DNA of 64,000 bases, from positions 1,696,001 through 1,760,000 of the forward strand of contig OZ244742.1 of NCBI GenBank assembly GCA_965219415.1. The letters run 5' to 3'. Source of the stretch: Candidatus Marinacidobacterales bacterium. Its GTDB lineage: Bacteria; Acidobacteriota; Vicinamibacteria; Marinacidobacterales; DATDRI01. This document shows positions 19,835 to 29,732 of this stretch, piece by piece. The position numbers and the translations under genes are program-made. Position 1 is the first letter of the stretch, and each line of letters starts with the position of its first letter. The notes beneath the pieces were generated by a model. That model was not told where the DNA came from and did not search any database. It was given only the letters and a program-made list of their open reading frames with translations.

Positions 19835-21106
19835 TTACCGAGTTAGCCGATAAATAAAGACCGCCGCACGCTGGGTGGCGATGGGGATCGTCGAAAGATC
19901 GAGATCTTCATTGACCGAGTGCGACCCCGCACCCACCGGTCCCAACCCGGCGAGAGAATCTATGATCGGCGCGACGAAGGAAATATCGGCGGCGCCGCGG
20001 GACCCTGGATCGATCGGTGTGATCGCCCCCAGGCCTAGATCCCGGCTGGCCAGCCCGAAGGCTTGCAGAAGATCGTAGTTCCCCTTGCTAGGCGACATCG
20101 CGGGGTAATCGTCCTCCCCGAAGTGAATCTTCGCCGAAGTCCCCGACAAGCTGTGGCTGACAATCTCGCGCATTCTGGATTGCGCCTTTTCCTTCTGCTT
20201 GTCCGAAATGAAACGTAGACCTCCCTGTGCTGTCACCGTTTGCGCAATGACGTTCGATTTTCCGAAAGCGGTCCCCTTCTCGGCTTCCGGGTCAAACTCT
20301 ACCGCGGTGCCACCGACGATGACTCCCGGACTGAAAGTAAGGTATTGCTCGCCGCCGAGCTCCTCGCGGAAAGCGTTCAGAATGCGGGCGGCTTCGAAGA
20401 TGGCTCCGTCTCCGAAGGCGGGGCTGAAGATCCGAGAGGAATGGCCTCGCTTGCCGGAGACCTCGAGCGTCCACGTACTGGCTCCTCGTCGTGCCACGGT
20501 TGCGTTTTTTCTCCCCACGCCCCCCTCGAACCCTAGGCCGATGTCACTTTTCTTGGCGGACTCGATAAGATCGCGGCGGACGACGCGAATGGGTCTTCCC
20601 GGTTTTTCCTCATCACCGATCAAGGCCACGGTGATGGTGGTGTCCTCGAGCGCTCCCACTTGATGGAGTGCTTTGAGGGCATAAAGCATCACCACGTCGC
20701 CGCCCTTCATGTCGGCAACGCCCGGCCCCTTTAGACGCTCGCCCACTCTTCGCGTGCTTTGGAATGGGCTGTCTTGTTCGAAAACCGTATCCAAGTGGCC
20801 GATCAAGAGGAGTCGCTTTCCCCGGCTGCCCTTTCGTTCGGCGAAGAGATGTCCGGCGCGTCCGACTTCTTCCGGTGTCGAGACCCATCGCGTCTCGAAA
20901 CCGAGGGCGTCGAGCTCGGAACGAAAGACTTGCCCGACTTCCTGGACGCCGTCCAGATTCAGCGTGCCACTATTGATGTTGGCAACTCGTTCGAGGAGGG
21001 CGACCGCTTCCCCGTTGTGCGCGTCAACATATCCCTGAATCTTTTCTTCGGTGGCCGACAACTGTGCGGTCGAAGCCAGGAAAAAAGCGAGGGACGCCAG
21101 TGTCAT
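19835..21106 (-). CDS. M20 metallopeptidase (carboxypeptidase G2-like)
   Basis: GHLDTVF, GVADMKGG, GDEE, RGAAD, GSHS; TGATG coupling to the upstream gene. Confidence 0.9.
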   Translation of the reverse strand: MTLASLAFFLASTAQLSATEEKIQGYVDAHNGEAVALLERVANINSGTLNLDGVQEVGQVFRSELDALGFETRWVSTPEEVGRAGHLFAERKGSRGKRLLLIGHLDTVFEQDSPFQSTRRVGERLKGPGVADMKGGDVVMLYALKALHQVGALEDTTITVALIGDEEKPGRPIRVVRRDLIESAKKSDIGLGFEGGVGRKNATVARRGASTWTLEVSGKRGHSSRIFSPAFGDGAIFEAARILNAFREELGGEQYLTFSPGVIVGGTAVEFDPEAEKGTAFGKSNVIAQTVTAQGGLRFISDKQKEKAQSRMREIVSHSLSGTSAKIHFGEDDYPAMSPSKGNYDLLQAFGLASRDLGLGAITPIDPGSRGAADISFVAPIIDSLAGLGPVGAGSHSVNEDLDLSTIPIATQRAAVFIYRLTR

Positions 21107-21585
21107 CAGTACGTCTTCCGGTGAGGTGACTTCCTCCAGAACTCGAGGAACTCGCGGCATTCCTCGAGTAGGATCCCTCCTGTTGATCGCACGCGGCTAC
21201 CTCCGAGGCGCGTGAGGGTTCGGTTCGAGATCACCAGCTCGTTGAACCCCAGCCGCTTGACGTCGCGGACGGTGGTACCGAAATAGATGCGGTTGATCTG
21301 GGCCCAGTTGATGGCGGCGAAACACATTACGCACGGCTCGCCAGTGGAGTAAAGCACGCATCCCTTGAAATGGGGCGACTCCATCTTCTTGGCGGCCCGG
21401 ATGATGGCGCAGACCTCGGCATGGCGAGTCGGATCGTTGGTCTTGAGTACCTCGTTGTGTCCAGTGGCGATGACTTTCCCCTTGTAGACGATGCACGAAC
21501 CGAACGGCCCTCCGTGTCCTTTCTCGACACCACGGTAGCCTTCCGCCAGGGCAATCTCCATGAACTCTCGGTGTTGGTCTGCCAT
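21106..21585 (-). CDS. nucleoside/guanine deaminase (CDA fold)
   Basis: GGPFG, NDPTRHAE, EPCVMC; AGGAGG RBS. Confidence 0.9.
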   Translation of the reverse strand: MADQHREFMEIALAEGYRGVEKGHGGPFGSCIVYKGKVIATGHNEVLKTNDPTRHAEVCAIIRAAKKMESPHFKGCVLYSTGEPCVMCFAAINWAQINRIYFGTTVRDVKRLGFNELVISNRTLTRLGGSRVRSTGGILLEECREFLEFWRKSPHRKTY

Positions 21586-21776
21586 CTTCGGCGCCTCCTG
21601 TCGAGCCACGGGATTATACTCCAGCGCCACTGTTCTCTAGCCAAACCTACCGCTCGCTCTCATCGCCAGCGATTTTCAACAGGTTTTCCGATGGCGAAAA
21701 CTTCATGGACGGCGCTCCGTCATCGTTTGCGGGGATCATGTTAACGTGGCATTACTATCCATGAGGAGGATGATAA

Positions 21777-23723
21777 ATGCCAACCCGCCGGATCTCGGGG
21801 CTCCCCTGGCCCAGAGCGCGTAGACTGAGTCCACTCTTCACAGCGCCCGCGGCGCTTTTGTTCTTGAGCCCCATTATCGGAGCAGAGGAGTCTAAGGGAG
21901 AGGTCGACGAGAACCTCTTCTTCGAAGACCGAGACAAGATTCCGCTGCAGTACCGCTGGGACCTCGACGCCATTTTCCCCAATCGAGAAGCTTGGGAGGC
22001 GGCGCGCAAAGACGTCGAGGACGCGCTGCCCGGTCTCGGCTCCTACCGCGGTCGTCTGGGTGAGTCGCCCGAGGTCTTGGCCGAGGCCCTTCAAGCGAAG
22101 TTCGATCTGGAGCGTCGTTTCGAAGACGTCTTCGTCTACGCTTTCCAACTTTTTTACGCCGACACTGAAGATGCGACCGCCAAAGAGCTCTCCGGTCAAG
22201 CGCAAGCGCTGGCCGGCAAGGCCCAGGAAGCCGCATCCTTCATCGAGCCCGAGATCGCACAGCTACCCGCCGAGCGCTTGACCGAGTTGTTGACCGCGGA
22301 CGGCGTCAAACCCTTCGGCCACTACATCGACAACGTCGTGCGTACCAAAGCCCACATCCGCAGCGCGGAGATCGAAGAGATCCTTGCGGGCTCATCGCTC
22401 CCCGGTTCCGGCCACCAGCAGGCGTTCACCAGCCTAGAGAACTCCGACATCGAGTGGCCGACGATCAAGAGCGAAGACGGGAAAGAGCAAAAGGTCGTCC
22501 CCGGGCAGTACATTCAGTTCGTGATGAGCTCGGATCGCCGGGTCCGCCGCGAGGGTTCCTTGGCTCTCTTTGGCGTTTACGACCAGTTCGCGAACACTTT
22601 CGCGTCTACTTTGGGCAGTAGCATCCAGCGGGACGCTTGGATGGCTCGCACTCGCGGCTACGACTCGAGCCTCGAGATGGCGCTCGATTCCACGAACGTG
22701 CCGCGTAGCGTCGTAGACACTCTCGTCGAGACGGTGCACGACAACATCGAGCAGGTCCACGGTTACGCCGCGTTGCGTAAGCGGATGCTCGGCCTCGATG
22801 AGCTCCACGTCTACGATATGTATGTCAACCTCTTGCCGGGTCTCGATCGTACCTACACGTTCGAAGATGGTTGGAGTCTGGCCATGGAGTTCTGGCGCGA
22901 GACGTTCGGCGAAGAGTACGCCCGAGCGGCGGAGCGAGCGCGCAAGGAACGTTGGGTCGACGTGTACACGAACCAGGGAAAACGGCCGGGCGCCTTCGCA
23001 TGGGGTACCTACAACTCCCACCCCTACTTGTTCCTCAATTGGAACGGAAAGCTAGATGCGGTCTCCACGCTGGTGCACGAAATGGGGCACGCCATCCACA
23101 AATACCTCACCGACGAGAACCAACCCTATCAAACTTCCAGCTACAGTCTTTTCGTCGCCGAGGTGGCTTCGGTAGCGAGCGAATCACTCTTTCTCGAATG
23201 GTTTCTGAAGAGGAGTGAAGATCCCGTGGAGCGCAAGCTTCTGCTGAACCAGGCGATGAACAGCATCACCGGTACGTTCCTTCGCCAGATCTTCTTCCAC
23301 GAATGGGAGGCCGCCGCCCACGCTATGGCGGAGCGCGGCGAGCCCCTGACGAAAGAGTCCTTGGGCAAGCTCTACCGCGATCTCTGGCAAACCTACTATG
23401 GGCCCGATCTCACGGCGGACGACGTCTACCAATCCGGCTGGGCCCGCGTGAGCCACTTCTATCGAACCTTCTATGTGTGGGTCTATGCCACGAGCTTCGC
23501 AGCCGGGGAAGCGATCGCAAAGCGTTTTCGTGATGGCGACGACACCGCGGTCCAGGACTACCTGGCGATGCTCAGGCTGGGAGGTTCTGTCTATCCAATG
23601 GACGCCGTCAAGAGAGCCGGGGTCGACATGAACGACCCACGAGTCATCCGTGCGGTCATGGTGCGTTACGGCGAGCTCCAGAAGCGCCTCGATAAAGAGT
23701 TGGTCGGCGAGAGCGGACGCTAA
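21777..23723 (+). CDS. pepF: oligoendopeptidase F (M3B)
   Basis: WDLDAIF, GKRPGA, HEMGH, FVAEVAS, HFY..YVWVYAT. Confidence 0.9.
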   Translation: MPTRRISGLPWPRARRLSPLFTAPAALLFLSPIIGAEESKGEVDENLFFEDRDKIPLQYRWDLDAIFPNREAWEAARKDVEDALPGLGSYRGRLGESPEVLAEALQAKFDLERRFEDVFVYAFQLFYADTEDATAKELSGQAQALAGKAQEAASFIEPEIAQLPAERLTELLTADGVKPFGHYIDNVVRTKAHIRSAEIEEILAGSSLPGSGHQQAFTSLENSDIEWPTIKSEDGKEQKVVPGQYIQFVMSSDRRVRREGSLALFGVYDQFANTFASTLGSSIQRDAWMARTRGYDSSLEMALDSTNVPRSVVDTLVETVHDNIEQVHGYAALRKRMLGLDELHVYDMYVNLLPGLDRTYTFEDGWSLAMEFWRETFGEEYARAAERARKERWVDVYTNQGKRPGAFAWGTYNSHPYLFLNWNGKLDAVSTLVHEMGHAIHKYLTDENQPYQTSSYSLFVAEVASVASESLFLEWFLKRSEDPVERKLLLNQAMNSITGTFLRQIFFHEWEAAAHAMAERGEPLTKESLGKLYRDLWQTYYGPDLTADDVYQSGWARVSHFYRTFYVWVYATSFAAGEAIAKRFRDGDDTAVQDYLAMLRLGGSVYPMDAVKRAGVDMNDPRVIRAVMVRYGELQKRLDKELVGESGR

Positions 23724-23733
23724 GACCTTTCTC

Positions 23734-25365
23734 TCAGAGCTGCGCAGTCGGAAGGAACCGTGGGGGCTTCCGAGCCTTTGTCGCCTGCTCGAAAGCGTAG
23801 GCGAGCTTGACGAGGGTGGGCTCGCTCCAAGCGCGGCCGAAGAAAGACAATCCCACCGGTAGTCCGTGAACGAAGCCCGCCGGCACGGTGATGTTGGGGT
23901 ATCCAGCCACGGCGGCAAAGCTCGAGCTCCCGCCGCCCGAGAAGTGATCGCCGTTGACGAGATCCGTCGTCCAAGCTGGCCCACCGGTGGGTGCCGCGAT
24001 GGCGTCGAGTCGGTGTTGGTCCATGGTCCGGTCGATGCCCTCCTTCCGGCTCAACCGATGGTTGGTCTCGAGCGCCTGAAGATATTCCTCGCTGGTGAGG
24101 GGCCCTTTTTCTTGCGCTTGCAGGAAAATCTCCTGGCCGAAGTACGGCATCTCCTCATCGCGATGTGCCTCGTTGAATGCGATGAGCTCGGCGAGCGACT
24201 TCGCGGGAGCGCTCGGTCCCAGACCCTCCAGATAAGCATTGAGGTCCGCTTTGAACTCGTAGAGCAAGACCTCGAACTCCGTATCTCGACTCTCGTTGGC
24301 GCCCTGCGAACCGAGTTTTCCGCTTGCACTCGGCAGCTCCACCGGGTCGATGATCGCAGCACCTCTTCGCTTCATCTCTGCGATGCCTTCTTCGAGAACC
24401 GCATCCACTTTCTCGTGAAAGCCAAACGTTTGCCGCAATACACCGATCCGTGCACCACGGAGACCGTTGGCGTCCAGAAACGCGGTGTAGTCGGAATGCA
24501 AATAGTTCCTGCTTTCCGTGGTCGCCGGATCCCGCGGGTCGACTCCGGTCATGGCGCCGAGGAGGATGGCGCCATCCCCGACCGAGCGCGCCATGGGCCC
24601 CGCGGTGTCTTGGCTATGAGCGATGGGGATGATGCCGGCACGGCTCACGAGCCCCACGGTCGGTTTGATCCCCACCAGCCCATTCGCATTCGACGGGCAG
24701 ACCACCGAGCCGTCGGTCTCCGTGCCGATGGCGGCGGCGGTGAAATTCGCCGAAGTGGCGGCTCCGGAGCCCGAGCTCGACCCACATGGATTTCGATCGA
24801 GTGCGTATGGGTTGCGACATTGTCCACCCCGACCGCTCCACCCACTCGACGAACGCGTGGAACGGAAGTTGGCCCACTCGCTCAGGTTGGCCTTCCCGAG
24901 AAGAATCGCTCCCGCCTCACGCAGCCTCTGCGCCACGAAAGAATCACGTGGGGGGCGGGACCCTTCGAGGGCAAGGGAGCCGGCCGTCGTGGTCATCTTG
25001 TCACCGGTGTCGATGTTGTCCTTGAGCAAAATAGGAATGCCGTGCAGGGGCCCGCGAGCTCCCTTGGCTTGGCGTTCCTCGTCGAGCTCACCGGCGAGGG
25101 CGAGAGCGTCCGGATTGGTTTCGATCACCGATCGTACCGTCGGGCCTCGTCTATCCATGGCCTCGATCCGGTGAAGATACATCTCGGTGATGGATCGTGC
25201 CGTGAAGCGGCCCGATCTCATGCCTTCTTGCAGCTCGGAGAACGTCACCTCCTCGAGCTCGAAGCGTTCCGGCTGCGGCTCTGTCGATGACATCGCTCGC
25301 TTGGGTAGAGCGGCAGGCGCGAGGCTACCGAGAAGACTCTTTTGGATGAACTCTCTCCGCTTCAT
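23734..25365 (-). CDS. amidase-signature family amidase with Tat-like signal
   Basis: KRREFI, LLKDNI, GSSSGSG, GTETDGS. Confidence 0.93.
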   Translation of the reverse strand: MKRREFIQKSLLGSLAPAALPKRAMSSTEPQPERFELEEVTFSELQEGMRSGRFTARSITEMYLHRIEAMDRRGPTVRSVIETNPDALALAGELDEERQAKGARGPLHGIPILLKDNIDTGDKMTTTAGSLALEGSRPPRDSFVAQRLREAGAILLGKANLSEWANFRSTRSSSGWSGRGGQCRNPYALDRNPCGSSSGSGAATSANFTAAAIGTETDGSVVCPSNANGLVGIKPTVGLVSRAGIIPIAHSQDTAGPMARSVGDGAILLGAMTGVDPRDPATTESRNYLHSDYTAFLDANGLRGARIGVLRQTFGFHEKVDAVLEEGIAEMKRRGAAIIDPVELPSASGKLGSQGANESRDTEFEVLLYEFKADLNAYLEGLGPSAPAKSLAELIAFNEAHRDEEMPYFGQEIFLQAQEKGPLTSEEYLQALETNHRLSRKEGIDRTMDQHRLDAIAAPTGGPAWTTDLVNGDHFSGGGSSSFAAVAGYPNITVPAGFVHGLPVGLSFFGRAWSEPTLVKLAYAFEQATKARKPPRFLPTAQL

Positions 25366-25433
25366 GGGGCACTCTCCTTTCTTTGCATCGAGAGGATGGC
25401 TTGCGGAAGACGAAGCTTTCGATGCTCAACGAC

Positions 25434-27131
25434 TTACTTCGCTCGCGGGGCAAGCGACTGGATCATTCTGCTCGCCATCTTCCAAGGCGCGAATCGCTTG
25501 GGCGGCCGCAGAGTCCCCGTTAGGTACTGTCTGCGGGCCTCGTTTCGCCGAATCTTGCCGTTCGACGTTCTGGGCAGCGTTCCCGGTTCCAGAACGCGCA
25601 CGTTGTCCGTAATCAGTCCGATTCGGTCAAGGATCCTTTGACGGATCGCGGTGATGGTCTGCGAATCGGTCGAAGGGTTACTGGCGCTGCTTCTTTCTGC
25701 AAGCACGACGAGCTCTTCCCTTTCACCGTTTTCGGGAACAATTCCGACCGCCGCCAAGCATCCGCTGCGCACGTCGGCGAGACCGTCCAAAGCGTGCTCG
25801 ATATCTTGAGGCGCATAGTTACGCCCGCGCAGGACGACGAGGTCCTTGTTCCGGCCATACAAGTAGAGCTCCCCGTCGAAGAGGAAGCCCGCGTCCCCGG
25901 TATCCAGCCACCCGTCCTGCAACCCCTCACTCGTGATAGAAGGCCCGCGGGCCAGCACGCGACCCACCCGTCCGGCTTCGAGCTCCTCGCCGTCTCCGTC
26001 GGCGATCCGGATCTCGTATCCTGCGAGCGGAGTGCCGACGCTGGCAAGATCCTGCCCCTCGGCCGTGATCCGAGCGATACCGTCTCCGGCCAGGGCACCG
26101 CGGTCGAAGGTGTGCACTTGCACGGCCCTCAAGGGATCTGAGAAAGTCAGCGCAAGAGTCGCTTCCGCTAGTCCGTAAACAGGAGTAAGGGACTCCTCGC
26201 GCAGGCCGTACCGACGAAAGCGTTCCTGAAACCGACGCAACACGATGGGCGTGACCGGCTCCGCGCCGTTCAACGCCAGGCACCAGGAAGACAGATCCAC
26301 TCCTTCGAGCTCTTCATCACGAATGCGATCGGCGCATAAACCGTAAGCGAAGTTAGGGGCCGGGCTGATCGTCCCGTGATAGCGAGAAATAATGCGTAGC
26401 CAAATCGCGGGGCGGCTCACGAAGTGCTCGGGTGGTATGAGGATCAAATCGCTGGGATGTGCCAGGCTGGTAAACACCGAGCCCACCAATCCCATGTCGT
26501 GATAGAGCGGCAACCATGATACGGCGGTGTGCCTGAACTCAGGCCCTTCCGGGTACGGTTTCAATATCGTCTCGCGGATCGCCTCCACGTTGGCTAGAAT
26601 TTGACGGTGCGTTAGCCGGATCGGCTTGGGCTCGCTGGTCGTGCCCGAGGAAAACTGGATGAGTGCCAGATCATCCGGCAAAGAGGCGACCGGTGCTAGT
26701 TTTTTACGAGGCAGGTCTTCCATCGCAATGAACCCCATCTCGATCTCGGTCAGCTTTCTCGTCCGACCCAAAAGCCTCCCCAACATCCGTTGGGTCAGCA
26801 CGAGTCGCACTGCACTCTTCCTCAGCATCGCCGACGTTCGTTGATGGTATTCGTCCAATCGACCGAGGCGGAAGGGCGGATAGAGCGCGACGGGTACAGC
26901 ACCGGCGAGAACGACTCCGAAAAATGCTTCGTAAAAATCGATCGAAGTGGGAAGGATAATGGCCACCCGGTCTCCCGGCCCGATTCCCAGTTCCTGCAAC
27001 CCTCCCGCCGCCTGCGACGCTCGACGATGGATCTCCCGATAGGAGTAGAACGTTTCCCTCTCCCAACGATCGATGAAACGAACCCCGCGTTGGGAGGCGG
27101 ATGCGCCCTCAACGAGATGTCCTAGGGTCAT
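25434..27131 (-). CDS. fatty acyl-AMP ligase (FAAL)
   Basis: QFSSGTTSEPK, SWLPLYHDMGL, YGLAEATL, LPRTSNGK; adjacent to an ACP. Confidence 0.9.
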   Translation of the reverse strand: MTLGHLVEGASASQRGVRFIDRWERETFYSYREIHRRASQAAGGLQELGIGPGDRVAIILPTSIDFYEAFFGVVLAGAVPVALYPPFRLGRLDEYHQRTSAMLRKSAVRLVLTQRMLGRLLGRTRKLTEIEMGFIAMEDLPRKKLAPVASLPDDLALIQFSSGTTSEPKPIRLTHRQILANVEAIRETILKPYPEGPEFRHTAVSWLPLYHDMGLVGSVFTSLAHPSDLILIPPEHFVSRPAIWLRIISRYHGTISPAPNFAYGLCADRIRDEELEGVDLSSWCLALNGAEPVTPIVLRRFQERFRRYGLREESLTPVYGLAEATLALTFSDPLRAVQVHTFDRGALAGDGIARITAEGQDLASVGTPLAGYEIRIADGDGEELEAGRVGRVLARGPSITSEGLQDGWLDTGDAGFLFDGELYLYGRNKDLVVLRGRNYAPQDIEHALDGLADVRSGCLAAVGIVPENGEREELVVLAERSSASNPSTDSQTITAIRQRILDRIGLITDNVRVLEPGTLPRTSNGKIRRNEARRQYLTGTLRPPKRFAPWKMASRMIQSLAPRAK

Positions 27132-27132
27132 T

Positions 27133-27390
27133 TCAGACACTTTGGTGACTCTCCGCGAGTCGCCGATCGATGAGCCGAACGACGTCCCCAACCGTTTCGA
27201 GACCTTCTTCGTCCCCAGAGTCGAAACGAACCCGGAAGTGGTTTTCGAGCTCGACAACCAACGTCAGTTGTTTCAAAGAGTCGAGCTGCAAATCGTCAAT
27301 GAGATGAGTCTCGTCGGTAACGCGAGAGCTCACTTGAAGGTGATCCCGAATCACCTTGCGCACACCCTCTAAGATCTGTTGCTGGGTCAC
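27133..27390 (-). CDS. acyl carrier protein
   Basis: LQLDSL phosphopantetheine motif, ETVGDVV; 85 aa, acidic; GTG start overlaps the upstream stop. Confidence 0.9.
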   Translation of the reverse strand: MTQQQILEGVRKVIRDHLQVSSRVTDETHLIDDLQLDSLKQLTLVVELENHFRVRFDSGDEEGLETVGDVVRLIDRRLAESHQSV

Positions 27391-27956
27391 GCGGACGGCC
27401 TCGCAGGAATGAACCTGTGTCGGTTGCCTAGGTGCTTCGCGTATCCACAATGAGTGGCGAGTGCATTTTCCTCGCAACGGATTCGCGTGCGGAGTATCCA
27501 GGCGTTCAAGAGACTGAAGCCAATCGCTGTAAACCAGGCGGTGTGAATGAGAGGGATAGCTAGACCTTCCATAATCACCGCGACGTAGTTTGGATGGCGC
27601 AGGAAACGGTAGGGGCCACCGGTGACCGGGCGCGCGCCCGGCACGACGATGACACGAATGTTCCAATAAGGCCCGAGTGTCAGGACTGCCCAGTATCGAA
27701 GTGCCATGGCGCCAATGGCGAGGACAAGCATGGGGTAGCCGAGAACGGGAACGAAGGCTCGGTCGAGGAGGACGACTTCCGCGCCACACGAGAAAAGAAA
27801 GACGCCATGAAGCAACTTCATGAAGCCGGCGTGCTCTTGGCCAAACTCCTTGCCACCTCGCTCGAAGGCCCACGCGGCGTGCCGGCGACTCAAGCCGACC
27901 TCGAAGAGGCGCTCCGCCGCCACGAGCCCTAGGAAGACAAGATAGGGTGTCACCAT
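27387..27956 (-). CDS. isoprenylcysteine carboxyl methyltransferase family (SrsB/BpsB-like)
   Basis: LGPYWNIRV, GPYRFLRHPNY, RIRCEE; membrane protein next to a type III PKS. Confidence 0.9.
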   Translation of the reverse strand: MVTPYLVFLGLVAAERLFEVGLSRRHAAWAFERGGKEFGQEHAGFMKLLHGVFLFSCGAEVVLLDRAFVPVLGYPMLVLAIGAMALRYWAVLTLGPYWNIRVIVVPGARPVTGGPYRFLRHPNYVAVIMEGLAIPLIHTAWFTAIGFSLLNAWILRTRIRCEENALATHCGYAKHLGNRHRFIPARPSA

Positions 27957-28999
27957 CGCAGTAGCACGAGCTCCGAGCAAAAACCGGGCCCCATGGCCAG
28001 CATCAGGCCATGGCTCCCCACCGGTGGTCGCTGCCGTTCCATCGTGTCGCGCAACACCATCAGGACCGATGCACTCGAAAGATTTCCCACCGATCTTAGG
28101 CTCTCCCACGTAAGCGCCAGGGCCTCGGGGGGCAGCTCGAGGACCTCCTGGAATGCTTCCAAGACCTTGGGGCCTCCCGGATGGCACACATAGCTCGAGA
28201 TATCGCTGCGGCTCAATCCCCGCTGGGATAGAAATTTGTCGACGTCTTCACCAATGTGCTCTTGAACCATGCGCGGAACATCAGCGGACAAGACGACACG
28301 GAAGCCCTCTTTTGTAATGTCCCAGCCCATGACGTTCTCGGTGTCACGGTAGAAAACCGATCGGCTGTCGACCACCGTGGGACCTCCATTCGCTCGGTTG
28401 CCGCCCACCAGTATGGCTGCCGCCGCACCGTCCCCGAAGAGTCCGCTGGCGATGATATTTGGAATCGATAGATCCTTGCGTTGGAGCGTCAGACTGCACA
28501 GCTCGACGGAAAGGAGTACCGCGACTTGATCCGGGTGGGCGCGCAAATAGTCCGCGGCCCGTGCCACCCCCGCCGCGCCGGCGAGACATCCCAACCCAAA
28601 GATGGGCGTGCGCTTCATGTCGGCGCGGAGTCGCAGTCGGTTCGCTATCAGCGCATCGATCGATGGCGTCGCGACGCCTGTGGTAGTGACGAAGAAAATG
28701 TGATCTATCTCCTGAGCATCGAGACCGGCGGCCCCCATGCCGTCGATGATGGCTCGAGCACCGAGCTCTACCGCACAACGGATGAAAGCATTGTTCGTCG
28801 CGGTAAACGAATCGAGCTCCTCGTACTCCTCGAGCGGCAGAGCCAGGTGGCGCCCCCCGACCAAGACGTTCTGGTGAAGGCTCTCCAACCGGTCGACGTT
28901 GTAGTGGCGCTTCGCCCAATGTTTCTTGAAGGCATCGACGAGCGTCTTTTGATCGTAGTAATTGCTAGGGAAAGCGCGGCCGACCGCGGCGACTTGCAT
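27950..28999 (-). CDS. type III polyketide synthase (chalcone synthase-like)
   Basis: Cys-His-Asn triad: GLGCLAG, HPGGPKVL, GNLSSAS; LFGDGA; AMGPGF. Confidence 0.95.
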   Translation of the reverse strand: MQVAAVGRAFPSNYYDQKTLVDAFKKHWAKRHYNVDRLESLHQNVLVGGRHLALPLEEYEELDSFTATNNAFIRCAVELGARAIIDGMGAAGLDAQEIDHIFFVTTTGVATPSIDALIANRLRLRADMKRTPIFGLGCLAGAAGVARAADYLRAHPDQVAVLLSVELCSLTLQRKDLSIPNIIASGLFGDGAAAAILVGGNRANGGPTVVDSRSVFYRDTENVMGWDITKEGFRVVLSADVPRMVQEHIGEDVDKFLSQRGLSRSDISSYVCHPGGPKVLEAFQEVLELPPEALALTWESLRSVGNLSSASVLMVLRDTMERQRPPVGSHGLMLAMGPGFCSELVLLRW

Positions 29000-29000
29000 T

Positions 29001-29732
29001 TTACTTCTCAGATGGTCCGAGGGCCGTCTCCGTGAAGAGCTCCGGGGGCAAGTTCTGGTTGATGCGAAGCTCGTTCAGTGAGAGGACGGTTTTGCTTTCG
29101 CCGATAAGACTTTTCATTTCGATGCGGTGGGCCATGGGGACAGCGCCTACTTCGCGGATGTCGGTGAGACGGGCCTCTTTCAGCGGGTCGAGGTCCTCGT
29201 CGAAAAATACAGCTTGCACCGTCACGAAGTTGTCTTTTCTCACTCAGCCGCGGAGCTTACCGTAGGCAATGCGGTGGCCGAGGGACTCCTTCCATGACGT
29301 AGCAGGGAGTGTCGTCGATCGATTCCTCGCCGACTAGACGATGCTGCAGATCGTCGAGATGGGCCGCCCCAGCCAGATCGGCGTAAGAGATGTCCGACCG
29401 AGAAACGGATCGTCCTGATTGCGCCCGGCGATCGGGCGGACCAAATCGAAATTCGGGAAGTAAGCCCACTGGCGGTTACGTTTCCCGCGTCGGGCGACGA
29501 TTAGAAAGCGCGTTCCCTCCAATTCCTCCGGTTCGAGAAGCGTGATGACGGCGCGATAATCGACTCCCGCCCGCCGCATGATGAGCTCGAAGACTCGTTT
29601 CTTCACCTTCCCTTCAGCAACGATCTCCATGTGGACTCGGGCGGAAAGATCTTTGATCTGCAGGTCGAGTTCTTTCGCATGAGCCACGATCGCGCCGGCG
29701 GAAAGTTGCGCAAGGAGCAGGAACCCGATCAA
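29001..29732 (-). CDS. outer-membrane lipoprotein-sorting (LolA-like) protein, interrupted in this sequence
   Basis: GTRFLIV..QWAYFP..FLG/SDISYADL..DTPCYVME..; indels near 29398 and 29277 and an in-frame TGA at 29244-29246. Confidence 0.7.

Noticed and set aside
23866-25290. 474-aa plus-strand ORF
   Set aside because: Antisense shadow of the amidase with no motifs; expected in high-GC DNA.
29244-29246. In-frame TGA in the LolA-like gene as recoding
   Set aside because: The gene also has two indels; a TGG>TGA error or nonsense mutation is simpler.
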